This document shows positions 44,278 to 58,000 of a stretch of DNA of 64,000 nucleotides, in pieces (position 1 is the first letter of the stretch; each line of letters opens with the position of its first letter). Origin of the DNA: Macrostomum lignano (Eukaryota); contig NIVC01002353.1 in assembly GCA_002269645.1 (NCBI GenBank), forward strand, positions 62,001 through 126,000, in the 5' to 3' direction. The notes beneath the pieces are model-generated. The model ran no database searches. It was not told where the DNA came from and saw only the letters and a list, made by a program, of their open reading frames with translations. The position numbers were made by a program, and so were the translations under genes.

Positions 44278-47200
44278 TTACTCGAACAGGCCGCGGGACG
44301 GGATGTTCTTGAACTCCTGGTCGGTGAGCACCCGGACGCCGTACTCGCCGTCGCAGTCAGCCAGGCCGTGGATCTCCAATGCCTTGGGGCCCTTGGTCAG
44401 GCGGGCCAGGTAGGTGACAATGGCCAGGTTGATGACCTGTCCGGGCACCACCACTGGGATGCCGGGCGGGTAGGAGACGATCTGGTCGCAGCAGACGCGG
44501 TCAAGCAGTGCCTGGTTTGGGCGGCCGTCGTCATCCAGCAGTAGGAGCCGCTCGCCGCTCTCGTAGAAGGCGAGGCGGGGCAGGCAGGCGAGGCGGCTGA
44601 AGCGGGGGATCTCCGTGATGCGGTAGTAGCTGCGGGGCGGCCGCCGGTCCTTGGCCAGCCGGAGCATCGCGTCGAACAGGCGGGACACCTGGCGGGGTAG
44701 GGAATGGGATGCGGGATTTTTGAGGTGGGATCGGAGACCGGATTGTATAAGTGGGATGGGGAATGCCGGATGGGGAAGGAAGGATGCTGGATAGAGAATG
44801 CTGGATGGGGAGTGTTGGATGGGGAATGCGGGATGGGGAATGTCAGATGGGGAATGTCGGATGGGAAATGCTGGATGGGGGATGGATGCTGGATAGGGAA
44901 TGCTGGATGGGGAATGCTGGATGGGGAATGCTGGATGGGGAATGCGGGATGGGGAATGCTGGATGGGGAATGCGGGATGGGGAATGCGGGATGGGGAATG
45001 CTGGATGGGGAATGTGGGATGGGGAATGTCGGATGGGGAATGTCGGATGGGAAATGCTGGATGGGGGATGGATGCTGGATAGGGAATGCTGGATGGGGAA
45101 TGCTGGATGGGGAATGCGGGATGGGGAATGCTGGATGGGGAATGCGGGATGGGGAATGCGGGATGGGGAATGCCGGATGGGGAATGGCGGACGAGGAATG
45201 TGGGGTAAAAAATATGGGATGGGGAATGGATGAGTCAACGGCAGAGCCAACGAGAGCATAGATGAGCGAGCGAACCTTGCTGCCGGTGGTGCCCATGCTG
45301 AGCAGCAGGGTGATGGTATTGAAAGTCCGCTTCTCGCCTTGGATGTTGAACCTCTCGAACAGGATCTGCTGCAGCTCCTGCGCGCTGTAGCCGGACTTGG
45401 AGATGTCCACAGTGAGCTTGGTGGGGTCCAGACGGATGCCATCCTGCTGCAGCTCCTCGGGCAGCAGGTCCTCCAGCTCCAGCACGCGGAACACCCCCGT
45501 GGAGTTGATCTTCTGGCGGAGCTCGCCAGACAGCTTCACCGTGCGGTCCAGCAGCCGGTAGCCTTCCATCACTGCCTGTGGGTGCGGGGGAGTGGATGCG
45601 ATTCATGGCTGAGAATCTGTGAATTAGGGGCAGGGTGACTGGTGATTTACAGGTGAGGATTTGTGAATTAGGATCTGGGTAGCTGGTAATTCACGGATGA
45701 CAATCTGTGAATTAGGGGCTGGGTAGCTGGCGATTAACAGGTGAGGATTTGTGAATTAGGATCTGGGTAGCTGGTGATTCACAGGTGAGGATTTGTGAAT
45801 TAGGGGCTGGGTAGCTGGTGATTCACAGGTGAGGATTTGTGAATTAGGGGCTGGGTAGCTGGTGATTCACAGGTGAGGATTTGTGAATTAGGATCTGGGT
45901 AGCTGGTGATTCACAGGTGAGGATTTGTGAATTAGGGGCTGGGTAGCTGGTGATTCACAGGTGAGGATTTGTGAATTAGGATCTGGGTAGCTGGTGATTC
46001 ACAGGTGAGGATTTGTGAATTAGGGGCTGGGTAGCTGGTGATTCACAGGTGAGGATTTGTGAATTAGGGGCTGGGTAGCTGGTGATTCACAGGTGAGGAT
46101 TTGTGAATTAGGGGCTGGGTAGCTGGTGATTCACAGGTGAGGATTTGTGAATTAGGATCTGGGTAGCTGGTGATTCACAGGTGAGGATTTGTGAATTAGG
46201 GGCTGGGTAGCTGGTGATTCACAGGTGAGGATTTGTGAATTAGGGGCTGGGTAGCTGGTGATTCACAGGTGAGGATTTGTGAATTAGGGGCTGGGTAGCT
46301 GGTGATTCACAGATGAGGATTTGTGCATTAGGATCTGGGCAGCTGGTAATTCACGGATGACAATCTGTGAATTAGGGGCTGGGTAGCTGGAGATTCACGA
46401 GAAAAAAACGATCTGTGAACGAGGAGACAGGTACAAATACAGCTCGGGGATAAATGGGGTCAGACAGGCGGAAGCGCACCTGTTTCCTGCCCACATCCAG
46501 GCTGGCAATGAGGCCGTACTGCGGACTGGTGCTGGCGTACATGTTGAAGTTCTCCCTGAACAGGTGCTCATCAAAGGCCGGGTCGTTAACGTGAACCATG
46601 CTGGCCTGGGAGAAGGCGGTAAGGGTCTTGTGACTGCTCTGGGTCACGTAGTCCGCACCGGCCTCCAGAGCGGTGGGCCGGAAGGCCGGGTGGAAGCGGG
46701 CGAAGGCGTACCAGGCCTCATCAATGATCACCTTGATGCCCGCGCTGCGGTGGGGAGGAGGTTGTTCTGTGAGCATCAGGAGCAGCCATAAAAGCAACCA
46801 GGATCGAAGCCTTAAAATCTCACCCCTAGAGTCGAAGCTTCAAAAACTCATCCGCTAGGATGAAAACCTCAAAATCTCACCCCAGTGATTGAAGTTCAAA
46901 ATCTCACCCCAGTGATGAAGTTCAAAACCTCACCCCAGTGATGAAGTTCAAAACCTCACCCCAGTGATGAAGTTCAAAATCTCACCCCAGTGGTTGAAGT
47001 TCGAAATCTCACCCCAGTGGTTAAAGTTCAAAATCTCACCCCAATGATTGAAGTTCAAAATCTCACTCCAATGATTGAAGTTCAAAATCTCACCCCAATG
47101 ATTGAAGTTCAAAATCTCACCCCAGTGACTGAAGTTCAAAATCTCACCCCAATGATTGAAGTTCAAAATCTCACTCCAATGATTGAAGTTCAAAATCTCA

Positions 47201-49693
47201 CCCCAATGATTGAAGTTCAAAATCTCACCCCAGTGACTGAAGTTCAAAATCTCACCCCAGTGATGAAGTTCAAAATCTCACCCCAATGATTGAAGTTCAA
47301 AATCTCACCCCAATGATTGAAGTTCAAAATCTCACCCCCTCCCCTATGGTCGCGACCTAAATTTGAGACCGAGGACAGGCACAATGACCCCCACCTGTGC
47401 GCCGCCTCCACAATGGGCTTGAGGTCGTAGAGCAGGCCATCGTAGGTGCAGTTGGTCAGGATGATGGCCTTGGCGTCGGGATTGGCCTTGATGGCCTCAT
47501 AGATGGCCCGCTTGGGCACGGGGCCGAAGATGCCGAACTGCGGCCTGGCGGAGCAGTCCATGTACACCGGGCGGCAGTCGGACAGGATCACGCCGTAGTG
47601 CACGGACTTGTGGCAGTTGCGGTCCAGCAGCAGCTTGTCGCCGGGGGCCAGCAGGGTCTGGAAGATCACCTTGTTGGTGGTGGAGGCTCCGTTGGTGGCA
47701 AAGTAGGTCTTGCGGGCGCCGAAGGCCTTGGCAGCCAGAGACTGGGCGGCCGCGATGACGCCCTTGGGGTGCATGAGGGAGTCGAGCATGGGCACGGACA
47801 CGGACAGGTCGGCCCGCAGCATGTGCTCGCCAACAAAGTCGTAGAAGTCGCCAACCCAGGGCGAGTTGCGCAGCGAGTCGCCGCCGGAGTGGCCGGGCGT
47901 GTGCCAGGAGTCCTTGGCCATCTTCACGTACGTCTTCAGCGCGTCGTAGAACGGCGTGGCGGACTTTTCGGCCAGCTCGGCGGACAGGATGCGGAACCAG
48001 CCGCTGTAGTCGGACTCGTCCCGGTTGAAGTAGCCGTCAACGGCGTGGCTGACCAGCTCCTCCAGCAGGGCGCGCTCGTCGTCCCCGCCGCTCAGCACAA
48101 CGTAGAGCGACAACTCCGGCCGGAGCTCGTTCAGCCGGTTCGCCAGAGTGATGGCCGCCTGGTTCACCTCCGCGGAGGTCAGGTGCCTGGGTGGGGTGGG
48201 GTGGGTGATGTAAGGTGCCTGGATTAGGTGGGTGGACCCACAGGACCCCGCACCCACAGGACCTGCTGCCCGACCTGATGTCAGGTGCCAGGATGGGGTG
48301 GGTGATGTCAGGTGCCTAGATGGGGCGGGTGGGTGATGTCAGGTGCCAGGATGGGGTGGGTGATGTCAGGTGCCTAGATGGGGTGGGTGTGTGATGTCAG
48401 GTGCCAGGATGGGGTGGGTGGTGTCAGGTGCCTGGATTGGGTGGGTGGGCGGTGTCAGGTGCCTGGATTGGAGGTCAGGTGCCTGGACTAGGTAGATGGG
48501 TGATGTCAGGTGCCTGGATTAGGTAGATGGGTGATGTCAGGTGCCTGGATTAGGTGGGTGGGTGATGTCAGGTGCCTGGATTGGGTGGGTGGGTGGTGTC
48601 AGGTGCCCAGCCGAAGTGAAGGAGGACGAGTTAATTGTCCCCATTTAAGACTATAAAGTTAAACAGATATATGAACGGGAGCGGGCGAATGTGTTGATGG
48701 GCCTGCGGCAAGATGCATCAGTTATAAATGCAGTTTTATCGCCTACTTCGTCTAGAAACCCTGACGATACCTTGACACCCTGACGACCCTCTATGAGACT
48801 CTGACGACACTATAAGACCCTGACGACACTCTATGAGACCTTGACGACACCATAAGATCCTGACGATCCTCTAGAAACCCTGACGACACTTTATGAGACC
48901 CTGAAGACACTTTATGAGACCCTGACGACACTATAAGACCCTGACGACACTATAAGACCCTGACGACACTCAAGAGACCCTGACGACACCATAAGACCCT
49001 GACGATCCTCTAGAAACCCTGACGACACTTTATGAGACCCTGAAGACACTCTATGAGACCCTGATGACACTCTATGAGACCCTGAAGACACTCTATGAGA
49101 CCCTGAAGACACTCTATGAGACCCTGACGACACTTTATGAGACTCTAACGACACTTTATGAGACCGACGACACTCTGAGACCCTGACGACACTCTGAGAC
49201 CCTGACGACACTCTGAGACCCTGACGAAACTCTATGAGACCCTGACGACACTTTATGAGACTCTGACGACACTCTATGAGATCCCGACGACATACTAGGA
49301 GCCCCTGACGACCCACTAGTAGCCCGACGGCCCACTAGAAGCCCCGACGTCAGTAAAACGCCCAAAAGATTCAGGAATGGTTTCTGTTATCTTTTTGTAT
49401 TTCACTAAAGTGATTCATGCCGATATGTAGCGTAGAAAGAATAACAAAGCAAAGAAATTCACTGCATACAGCGCCTCCGCTAGCACAGACCTGTCGATGA
49501 CGACAATCTGGACTTCACCATCGGCCGAGACGCAGTCTATGGCCTCCTTGAAGGCGCTCACCGCGGTGAACACCATGCCGAACGGATTGTCCAGGCGGGC
49601 GCCCGCCAACTTCAGGCCGGCCAGGGCGGCTCCCAGCCAGGCGGAGTCGCAGCTGACTAGGAGGATGCGGCTGACCGGAGGCGGGGTGGACAT
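44278..49693 (-). CDS. Bacterial-type PLP-dependent Orn/Lys/Arg decarboxylase (fold type I) with an N-terminal receiver-like wing domain; 5 exons, 656 aa
   Basis: Exons (minus): 49693-49491, 48186-47395, 46744-46480, 45575-45276, 44688-44278. Lengths 203+792+265+300+411=1971 nt; GT-AG introns with phases 2,2,0,0. Motifs: WHTPGHSGG, AFGARKTYFATNGASTTNK, DRNCHKSVH, TNCTYDG, DEAW, TQSSHK (PLP lysine), STSPQY, DPTKLT, YPPGIPVVVPG. Confidence 0.92.
44700..49330. repeat. Intronic minisatellites of the decarboxylase gene: 14-bp (44700-45230), 44-bp (45620-46400), 27-bp (46860-47340), ~29-bp (48190-48610), ~21-bp (48760-49330)
   Basis: Each array lies wholly within a predicted intron. Confidence 0.95.
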
Positions 49694-50211
49694 CGCTGGA
49701 TGGCTAATCGGTGCTGCTGCGGCTGGCGAGGGCGGGCGACTCACGAGCGACTTTGGACTGAAAGAAAATCAGTTTTTTTCCGGACGGGTTTGTCATTCTT
49801 AACGGCGACGCGATTTACATTGCCCCTGTGCTTGCGTCCCTTGAACTCAATGGATCAAGGGAGCCTTGGCCATAGACAGCTGCGCGCGTTGCGCAGATAC
49901 AAGCGTACTTTAACAACACATTCAGCAGTTTGGCAACCGAAATAGAAGGAAAAAATGAGGAAAGTTTCGAAAAAAACATAGATTTTCCGGGATTTTCCGG
50001 GATATTGTTTGCGTTCTCCGGGATACTATTTAGTATTATTCAATAATATCCCGTAAAATCTTTATGTGCATGTCTTATGTAAATGCGATTAAGCATGCCT
50101 TTTCGGGAGCTATTTTCACAAATCCCTCGGGCCTTTCTCGAGCTCCCTCAAAAGCCATGTTTAATCTTCTACATATTCCTCACTCTCTCCCGATAAGCGA
50201 TCGCCCTGAGG

Positions 50212-50600
50212 GGGGGTGTTTCATATACTACTTGTAGTGGCTACAAGTGAATTTCGTTTTATAAAATGTGCCAAAGCTAGAAGTTCCTACAAGCTATAGT
50301 GAGTAGCGATAAGTCCGTATACTACAAGCATTCCGTTTCATAGTGTCCATGTCTACAATTCTCGACGCGTGTAATGACTGACAAACTGAAGAGTCGCTTT
50401 CTTTTACTCAGGCTTGTAGTAGTTCTCATAGTTTCCCTTATGGAATCGCAAAACCACAGTGGAGCACAACACTACGTGGCGATAATATGAGCCGCCTAGC
50501 CAACAGCAAAGTGACAAGTTGGCTCGTGAAACGCAATTACTTGTATCTTGTAGCTTGTCACTAACCAACATGTAACTTGTAAGATATATGAAACACCCCC
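50212..50600. mobile_element. MITE with TIRs related to the 14.4-kb element
   Basis: GGGGGTGTTTCATATA ... TATATGAAACACCCCC; both elements end with ACACCCCCTGG. Confidence 0.65.
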
Positions 50601-51024
50601 TGGTCATTTAGGCAAGCTTTTGCTGTTCGGTAGTTGGGTAAAGTCGCAATGTCTATGGCCAAAGCTCGCTTACCCCATCGAGGTTCAGAGAGGCAACTAA
50701 GGAAGTAATCCCGTTTCAAATGTAATTACGTTTTCAAATACTACTCAGAAAAAGTAGGCAGATAGAGATGTCCTGCACTGCAAAGCCTAGCAAACTTGTG
50801 ACAAGTGGAACAAATTGGGAAAGAAAGAAACGGCGGAGCCATTTATCAACTTCATTAATAAACAATTGGAATAACTGGAAGCCTTCGCGGACAGTTCAGT
50901 GTATTTATCGAACTTCTCATTTGAAGAGCGTCTAAAAAAAGTTTTTTTTCATAAAAACGGTACAAAAAAGGTCAATAAACCATAAACGGCAGCTGTAACA
51001 GTATCAGTATAAAGTGAGAAAAGC

Positions 51025-52105
51025 ACTCATGTACACAGGTGGAATGTAGAGGGCTGCAGACTCACTCATGCACACAGGTGGAATGTAGAGGGCTGCAGAC
51101 TCACTCATGCACACAGGTGGAATGTAGAAAGCTGCAGACTCACTCATGCACACAGGTGGAATGTAGAGGGCTGCAGACTCACTCATGCACACAGGTGGAA
51201 AGAGGGCTGCAGACTCACTCATGCACACAGGTGGAATTTAGAGGGCTGCAGACTCACTCATGCACACAGGTGGAATTTAGAGGGCTGCAGACTCACTCAT
51301 GCACACAGGTGGAATTTAGAGGGCTGCAGACTCACTCATGCACACAGGTGGAATTTAGAGGGCTGCAGACTCACTCATGCACACAGGTGGAATTTAGAGG
51401 GCTGCAGACTCACTCATGCACACAGGTGGAATTTAGAGGGCTGCAGACTCACTCATGCACACAGGTGGAATTTAGAGGGCTGCAGACTCACTCATGCACA
51501 CAGGTGGAATGTAGAGGGCTGCAGACTCACTCATGCACACAGGTGGAATTAGAGGGCTGCAGACTCACTCATGCACACAGGTGGAATTTAGAGGGCTGCA
51601 GACTCACTCATGCACACAGGTGGAATTAGAGGGCTGCAGACTCACTCATGCACACAGGTGGAATTTAGAGGGCTGCAGACTCACTCATGCACACAGGTGG
51701 AATTAGAGGGCTGCAGACTCACTCATGCACACAGGTGGAATTTAGAGGGCTGCAGACTCACTCATGCACACAGGTGGAATTTAGAGGGCTGCAGATTCAC
51801 TCATGCACACAGGTGGAATTTAGAGGGCTGCAGACTCACTCATGCACACAGGTGGAATTTAGAGGGCTGCAGACTCACTCATGCACACAGGTGGAATTTA
51901 GAGGGCTGCAGACTCACTCATGCACACAGGTGGAATTTAGAGGGCTGCAGACTCACTCATGCACACAGGTGGAATTTAGAGGGCTGCAGACTCACTCATG
52001 CACACAGGTGGAATTTAGAGGGCTGCAGACTCACTCATGCACACAGGTGGAATTTAGAGGGCTGCAGACTCACTCATGCACACAGGTGGAATGTAGAGGG
52101 CCGCA
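51025..52105. repeat. 39-bp minisatellite (~28 copies)
   Basis: Unit gcacacaggtggaatttagagggctgcagactcactcat. Confidence 0.98.
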
Positions 52106-52779
52106 GACTCCTGTAGAAAGCAGATAATAATAATTACAGGGCACTTATGATATAACAAAAATGAAAAATATAAAATTTAACAAAGCCAAAAATTTATAGC
52201 AAGCATCACAGATTCTGTGCACGCTTGTAAAAACACGCTGCCTCAAGAAGACAGGCGCAAAGGGCAAAAGTACATACTCATATCGACTGTATAAAAAATT
52301 ACTCAATATAATTTTGGCAAGGTGAGTGAAAGATTAACGATAGGACTTGAATGAAAATGTGCTGTTGAGTATAATGTAAATAAGCCAGTGCGAAATACTC
52401 ATGTTGCCCTAACAGACCTGTGTACTGCTATTGGGCATATAACGTGATAGTATAAAATGGCTACAAATATATATATAAAAAACAGATAAAAACAAGCCAA
52501 TTCAATATGAGTCAAAAGGCGCTCGCATTTGTCTTGAGCAGCTCAAGCCTAAAATGCAAAAGTGATGGGAGGAGCGTAAAATCAATTTCAGTTGCATTGA
52601 CGCATCGATAGGTCAAGTGGGTGCGGCGCGTTGGGGAGCTTTAGCGGGTTAAGGTCAAGATTTAGGAATTGAGGGCCACTTGATAAGGAATTGGGGTGCT
52701 GTGATGGGGAATTCAAGGGGTGCTGTGATGGGGAATTTGGGATGCTGTGATGAAGAATTGGGGTGCTGGGAATTGGCTC

Positions 52780-54630
52780 ACATAGGCGTTTCAGCATGTT
52801 TGTGGAGTACAAGACAGTCTAGGCCTACAGACGATGGTCTGCAAGTCTGCAATGCTATTCGGCAGGTGAGGAATAGCGGGAGTTCTGGAAGGCAGACAAC
52901 CCTCACGCTCCGCAGGATGTTCAAGGTATACCCCAGGCTGCTGGACAGACCGAGCCCCGACGCTGGCAAACCATCCAGTGGCTCCGGCCAAATTCGCGTT
53001 TGCGGCTTGCCCGCAGGCTACGGAGTGCAAGTGAAGCGCTGGTGGACCTTTCGTTTGGCCTCTGATTTTTCCGAGCCGCCTCTTAGCCGAGGAGTTTCTT
53101 GGTTGCTAGCCGTCGGGACGGTAACGGCTTAAGCCACCCCCTACGCTATTCTCCTGGCTGGCTGTTGGGCTTGGGCTTGGGCTGGCCTATGGAGTATCCA
53201 AAAACATCCACCGCGTCCCTTGATGCTGCTGGAATTCCAACTGGACAATTGGAGCACTGGAACTTTCTGTGCCTCTTACTCTAACAACCCTGTCGCCACC
53301 GAAGTGGCTGGACAACAGTGCAGCGGACCCCATATCTCAAAGAAGGCCCGTAGCATCGCCCGATTTGAATTCCGCCGGCACAAAGCTGAAGAATGGAGAG
53401 CGGAAGCCGCCTCATCTTTCGCCTATGAGGAGGATACCAGAAACTCTGCGAATACTGCGAAGGAGCCGACATCCAACAAAAGGACGGACTCGGCGCGTCG
53501 ACCAGAAGCGTCGGGCGCCGACAAAGCTTTTGGTGCGGCTTGCTCCTCCCGCGGCGGGACCTCTACTCGTTAGGAAACTCCCACGGTTTCGAACGCCTGC
53601 GGGCCCGGATTCAAGACTGCTGTGGAGGGATCCGAAGCGGCGGATGCTGACCAAACCACAAGCTGAAGTGCACCTATGCGACATTTAAGAGGAAGTCGGC
53701 TCTGATCATTTGAGGCCAGAAGACGCACCTTTCGGCCGAACGCTCGACCAAAATCTGCCCCAGGTTGGACTCCCACCTGGTCCAGATGGCTTCAACTCCT
53801 GAAAACAAGCGTCTAGGACCAGGCCCTCCACACCCAACCCGCCATCACTAACGGTGACGGTCTACGCCGTCTGCCTTGGCAGCTAATCCGGACTTGCTGG
53901 CAAATGGCGCAGTGGTTCATGAGACCGCAAGCCAGGCGGAGACTAGTTCACGGCCATCCTCGAAGTGTCTGATAGCTGGATGCTCCGCTACCCGGATATG
54001 TCTCATATCTCTGCCGGGCTGATGCTGATTCAAATCTTCAGATTCAGAGGAACTCCTTGCTTACATCTCCACCACCAATACTGAGTTTTGCGATATAGGT
54101 GAACTTCTCACCTACGGGCGATGGATCGACGGAGGCCTTCGACGTGACCCTCGTCTCCCACGGCCTGGCTCCTCTGATCAAGGAATAAGAGGTGTGGGAC
54201 GAAGAAGAGTCTGTCTAACCATCGCTTCGTTCGTTTGCGGCTGCAATCCTACTGCCCCCAACCAAACATCTTGTGGAAAAAGAACGTCTGGAACACTAAC
54301 TGGACGGCTTTAACGGAAACCCTGAAATGCCAGACAGATAAGCTAACCACCGTCGTTCCTACCACCGGTCAGGAAGTGGATGACAGTGCGAACTTGCTCA
54401 GCAAGACCGTCCTGGCAGCTCATGAGGCCTCCTGTCCTCTCAAAGCATACAAAGACGAAATACCCGCCCCTTGGATCCCTCCGGCGCGAGGCTAAGTGCC
54501 TCCACCGAAAAGCTCGCAAGATCAAGGACCCAGCTGACCTGGCCGCTCATCAAGACGCGACACGCGACTTTAAGTGTGAAACCAAGAAAGCCGAGCGCGA
54601 CAAGTGGCGCCAATACTGCGCGGTCCCCTG
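52780..54630 (+). mobile_element. Heavily degraded non-LTR retrotransposon (R1/LOA/Jockey-like); APE C-terminus and APE-RT linker; RT absent
   Basis: DVTLVSHGLAPLIKE*EVWDEEESLSNHRFVRL, KKNVWNTNWTAL, AAHEASCP..PW..SLRREAK..ARK..FKCETKKAERDKWRQYC. The 5' boundary is uncertain. Confidence 0.65.
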
Positions 54631-55053
54631 TTCCTCCTCTGAACTCCGCGGTTGGACTTGACCACAGGGACATCAGAGCGTTTTGAGCGTTTTGGCTGTT
54701 TTGCTAGGCATCAGTACCTCCAGGCAAAAATCCGCAGTGAGGAATGCCTGATTATCCATATGCGATGGGTTAATCGAGGATGCTGGAGTGTGGACGCAAG
54801 GATTCCACTTCGCAAGCAGCTGGCGAGCTAATAAAAGATGCGCTGGGCTTTCACTGCGCTGGCTCTCACAATGGCAGCCCGCTAGCTCTGCGAGCCCAGC
54901 CTCGCCAAGCTCTCTTCATCTTTATGCTATTATCTGCTCTCAGGATGACAAATGAGCTGTCAAACTTTAAAGCAATAGCGGCAATTCATAGCAATTCAAC
55001 AAGCTGAGCGCACTGCTCAGAGATAAGTGAATGCTCCATCTCAGCAGCTCACC

Positions 55054-58000
55054 TTAGTCTGAGCTGGCAAAGTCGGCAGATTGGCCCGCGCTGCCGCCGC
55101 TGCAATTAAAATGCAGTGCATTATGAGTTATAATATTTGAGACACTTAAGACGGCTGGCTGCCAGCAGACAGAGCAGCCGACCTTTGCTAACTGCGTTGT
55201 AAAATATTTTTGGCAACGGTAGACAGTCATGTGATACCTCAGATCCGACAGTGTGAAGGCCATAAAACTGGATTAACAATAGAATCTTCTAGAATAGCAT
55301 GAGCAAATGTTACTGAAGCCTAAGACCGCATGAAACCGATAAAAGCGGATCATGGGTCGACTAGCGTTATTGCGGCGGAGCCGTCGTCATATCAGCGCCA
55401 AAATGGCTGGATAGAAATTTCTCGCCAGATAACGCCAGATTGTCATGAAAATTTAAGAAAATCGGCGTTATAGTGACGTCAAAATGGCGGAACGCCGGAA
55501 TAGCGCCTCCGCCAGTTAAGCGCCACCTACCGGCGTTAAGTCTGTCAATACCGTGGTAAAAGTGGATCAGCTTAAGCCGAAATAACGCCAGGCGTTATGA
55601 ACACGTTTTTATCGGGAAACTTTGCAATAAAAAGGATGAACTTGAATTGGATGGAACGCAAGCTCACAGTTGCAACTGTTGCTGGCCGAATTGGTGCCGA
55701 GACTGCGTCATGGATGACATCGCAGTGCTGCTGTTGTGCTCCACTGACTGCGTCATGGACGACACTGCAGTTCTGTTAACTTGTTGTACAGACTTTGACT
55801 GTGCCACAGACGACACCGTAGTGCTGTTGGTTTGCTGTGCCGACTGCGACTGCAATTGAGCAATGCAACTACTGTCAGGTACTGTCAGGTATAAGCTAGC
55901 CACAAAGATCCACCAATTTCACAGCATTTTGCACTCCCTGCCCTAAGCGCCACTGGTTATTAGGTTCGAGTGAAAATGCAGTTGAAACTGGCATCCACCA
56001 CTATACAGTAGCATGCAATACTAAACATAACTTTAGTGTGCAGACAGACCGCACCAGCGGGCAAGCGCTTTTTAACATTCCATATTTAGGCTATTTCTAC
56101 AGTACAGCAGGGCATGCAACAGAGAGCAATAAAACCTGCTACACGAGTAGGCGGTTAGGGAGACAGAGCAGCCTATAATAGCAGAGGAGCCTCCCTGCTA
56201 CCGAAAATAGAAACGCGTGCGCGTTGCCGCGTGCGAGCAAGCCAGCTACTTTTGGCCTGTCGCGTCTGGCTTCGCTTCGAATACGAATTGCGAATATCAG
56301 AGGCGCAAGCGTTGCGACTGAACACTTTTGTATAAGGAATTCTCGGCTAGATTTTTTTTCGCAATTTACTCAAGGGGCTGCAAAGAGCGATAGAGAACGA
56401 GAAGACTCTTTCGTTCTCACGCGCGAAGCCTCTTGTTTTTTACTGCTTCTGAATTGCTACTAGTACACAAGCGAAGAAGATTGTGGTAAGGGGTAAACAA
56501 CTTACAAAAGAGCTCTGCGATTGTAACATGGAGTTCTGGACGCGGTTACCGCTATCGAGCGCCATTCCATCAAGTCTGAAAAATAATTTAACTTGTTTAT
56601 AAAGACTGCAAAATTGGTATATGATCGTACAGCAAGTCGATAAAATACGCATGCACTCACCTAGAATCTTCTTCTATAGGTTGCGGCGTTTCATATCCTT
56701 GAGTACCGGATGGGAAAACGCTGCTTACTTGCTGTTGAAAGGCAGAAGTGTGGGCACCGGAAGAAGAATTTGAAAAAGTAGAGTGCGGAGGAACTTGTCT
56801 ACTCAAAATATGTCTGCTGGCTATCGTGCGACTCGTCGTGACTGTGCCATCATCACTCGTGAATTGAAATTCCTGGTTCGAACTCTCCTCTTGGCCCTGC
56901 CAGCCAGAATCTGTTCTAGCCGTAATAGAGGAAAGCTGAGCGGAATCTTTTATGCTAGAACCACTGTCGGGACTGCTAAGTCGATCTCCATCTCCATCAA
57001 ACGTTGATCTCTCTAAAGAATCTGATGTACTATTGGTTGTATAATCCGTTTCGTAGCGTCGCTTCACAACAGACGAATCAAAACGCGAGCCAGAAGAGTA
57101 GGTGCGCATAGAAGTAGTGTCTTTGCGGTCAATAAAGTGATCAGAAGCTTTTAGGATTCCATGCTCTCTATTAAGCTCGTCAACATCTGAGCTGATGCCA
57201 GGGGGTTCTGGCGAAGCATCCATGCAAACTTGAAGACCAACACTTTTAACGTCTCTCTTAAGAAGTTCGGTAATTATGTTCACCATCTCAGCAGCGCTAA
57301 TACCATACGATTGGCGCAGACTCTGGAAAAACATCAGTCTTTGGCTCGACACGGTTGAAATACTGGTTGAGTTTGATGAGAAATTGTTTCTTTGATATTC
57401 ATTTGATTCAGCTGACCTTGAAACAAGTTCTCGATCCTTGGGAGGCTCAGCATTAGGAACTGATTTTACTGCGGTACGAGTTTGCTTTCTGCCATCCTCA
57501 AATGATACATTCACACCAACTGACCGCTGCGCCGGTTTGGCCTCTTCAATAAAAATATTAATCGCCACATCTCTGCAAGGTGGCTTCACCATTAGGCCAA
57601 CCGTTCTGCGGTGAACAGGTGCTGAACTTGGCTGCGATTCACGAATCCGGATAGTCTCCTGAACGAATGTTCGGCTTTCTAGCTCACTGACGACAGATTT
57701 AAGACGCGCAATCTCGCTTAAGTATTGCTCTTTCTCAGAAATATCCATTAATTCACGAGTCACTCGCTCCTTGACTTTTCTGACACCTTGCTGTGTTCCG
57801 TGCTAGTCTTGTAAATTTCTGTCGTGTTCACTGTTGTATCGCCCTCTTTTTTACTTTTTTCAGGGCATAATGCACTACGATTATCCTCATCAATAGGCAA
57901 GTCATTCTGTACATCAGTGCAAGCATCAATATGCTCGGGTGTATCGATTGGCTGAGTGCTGAATACAGAGTCTACTAACGGATTAAGGATCGCATCTGTC

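Noticed and set aside
55355-55600. Imperfect inverted GGCGTTA-rich segment
   Set aside because: Possibly a decayed MITE, but the termini and TSD could not be defined.
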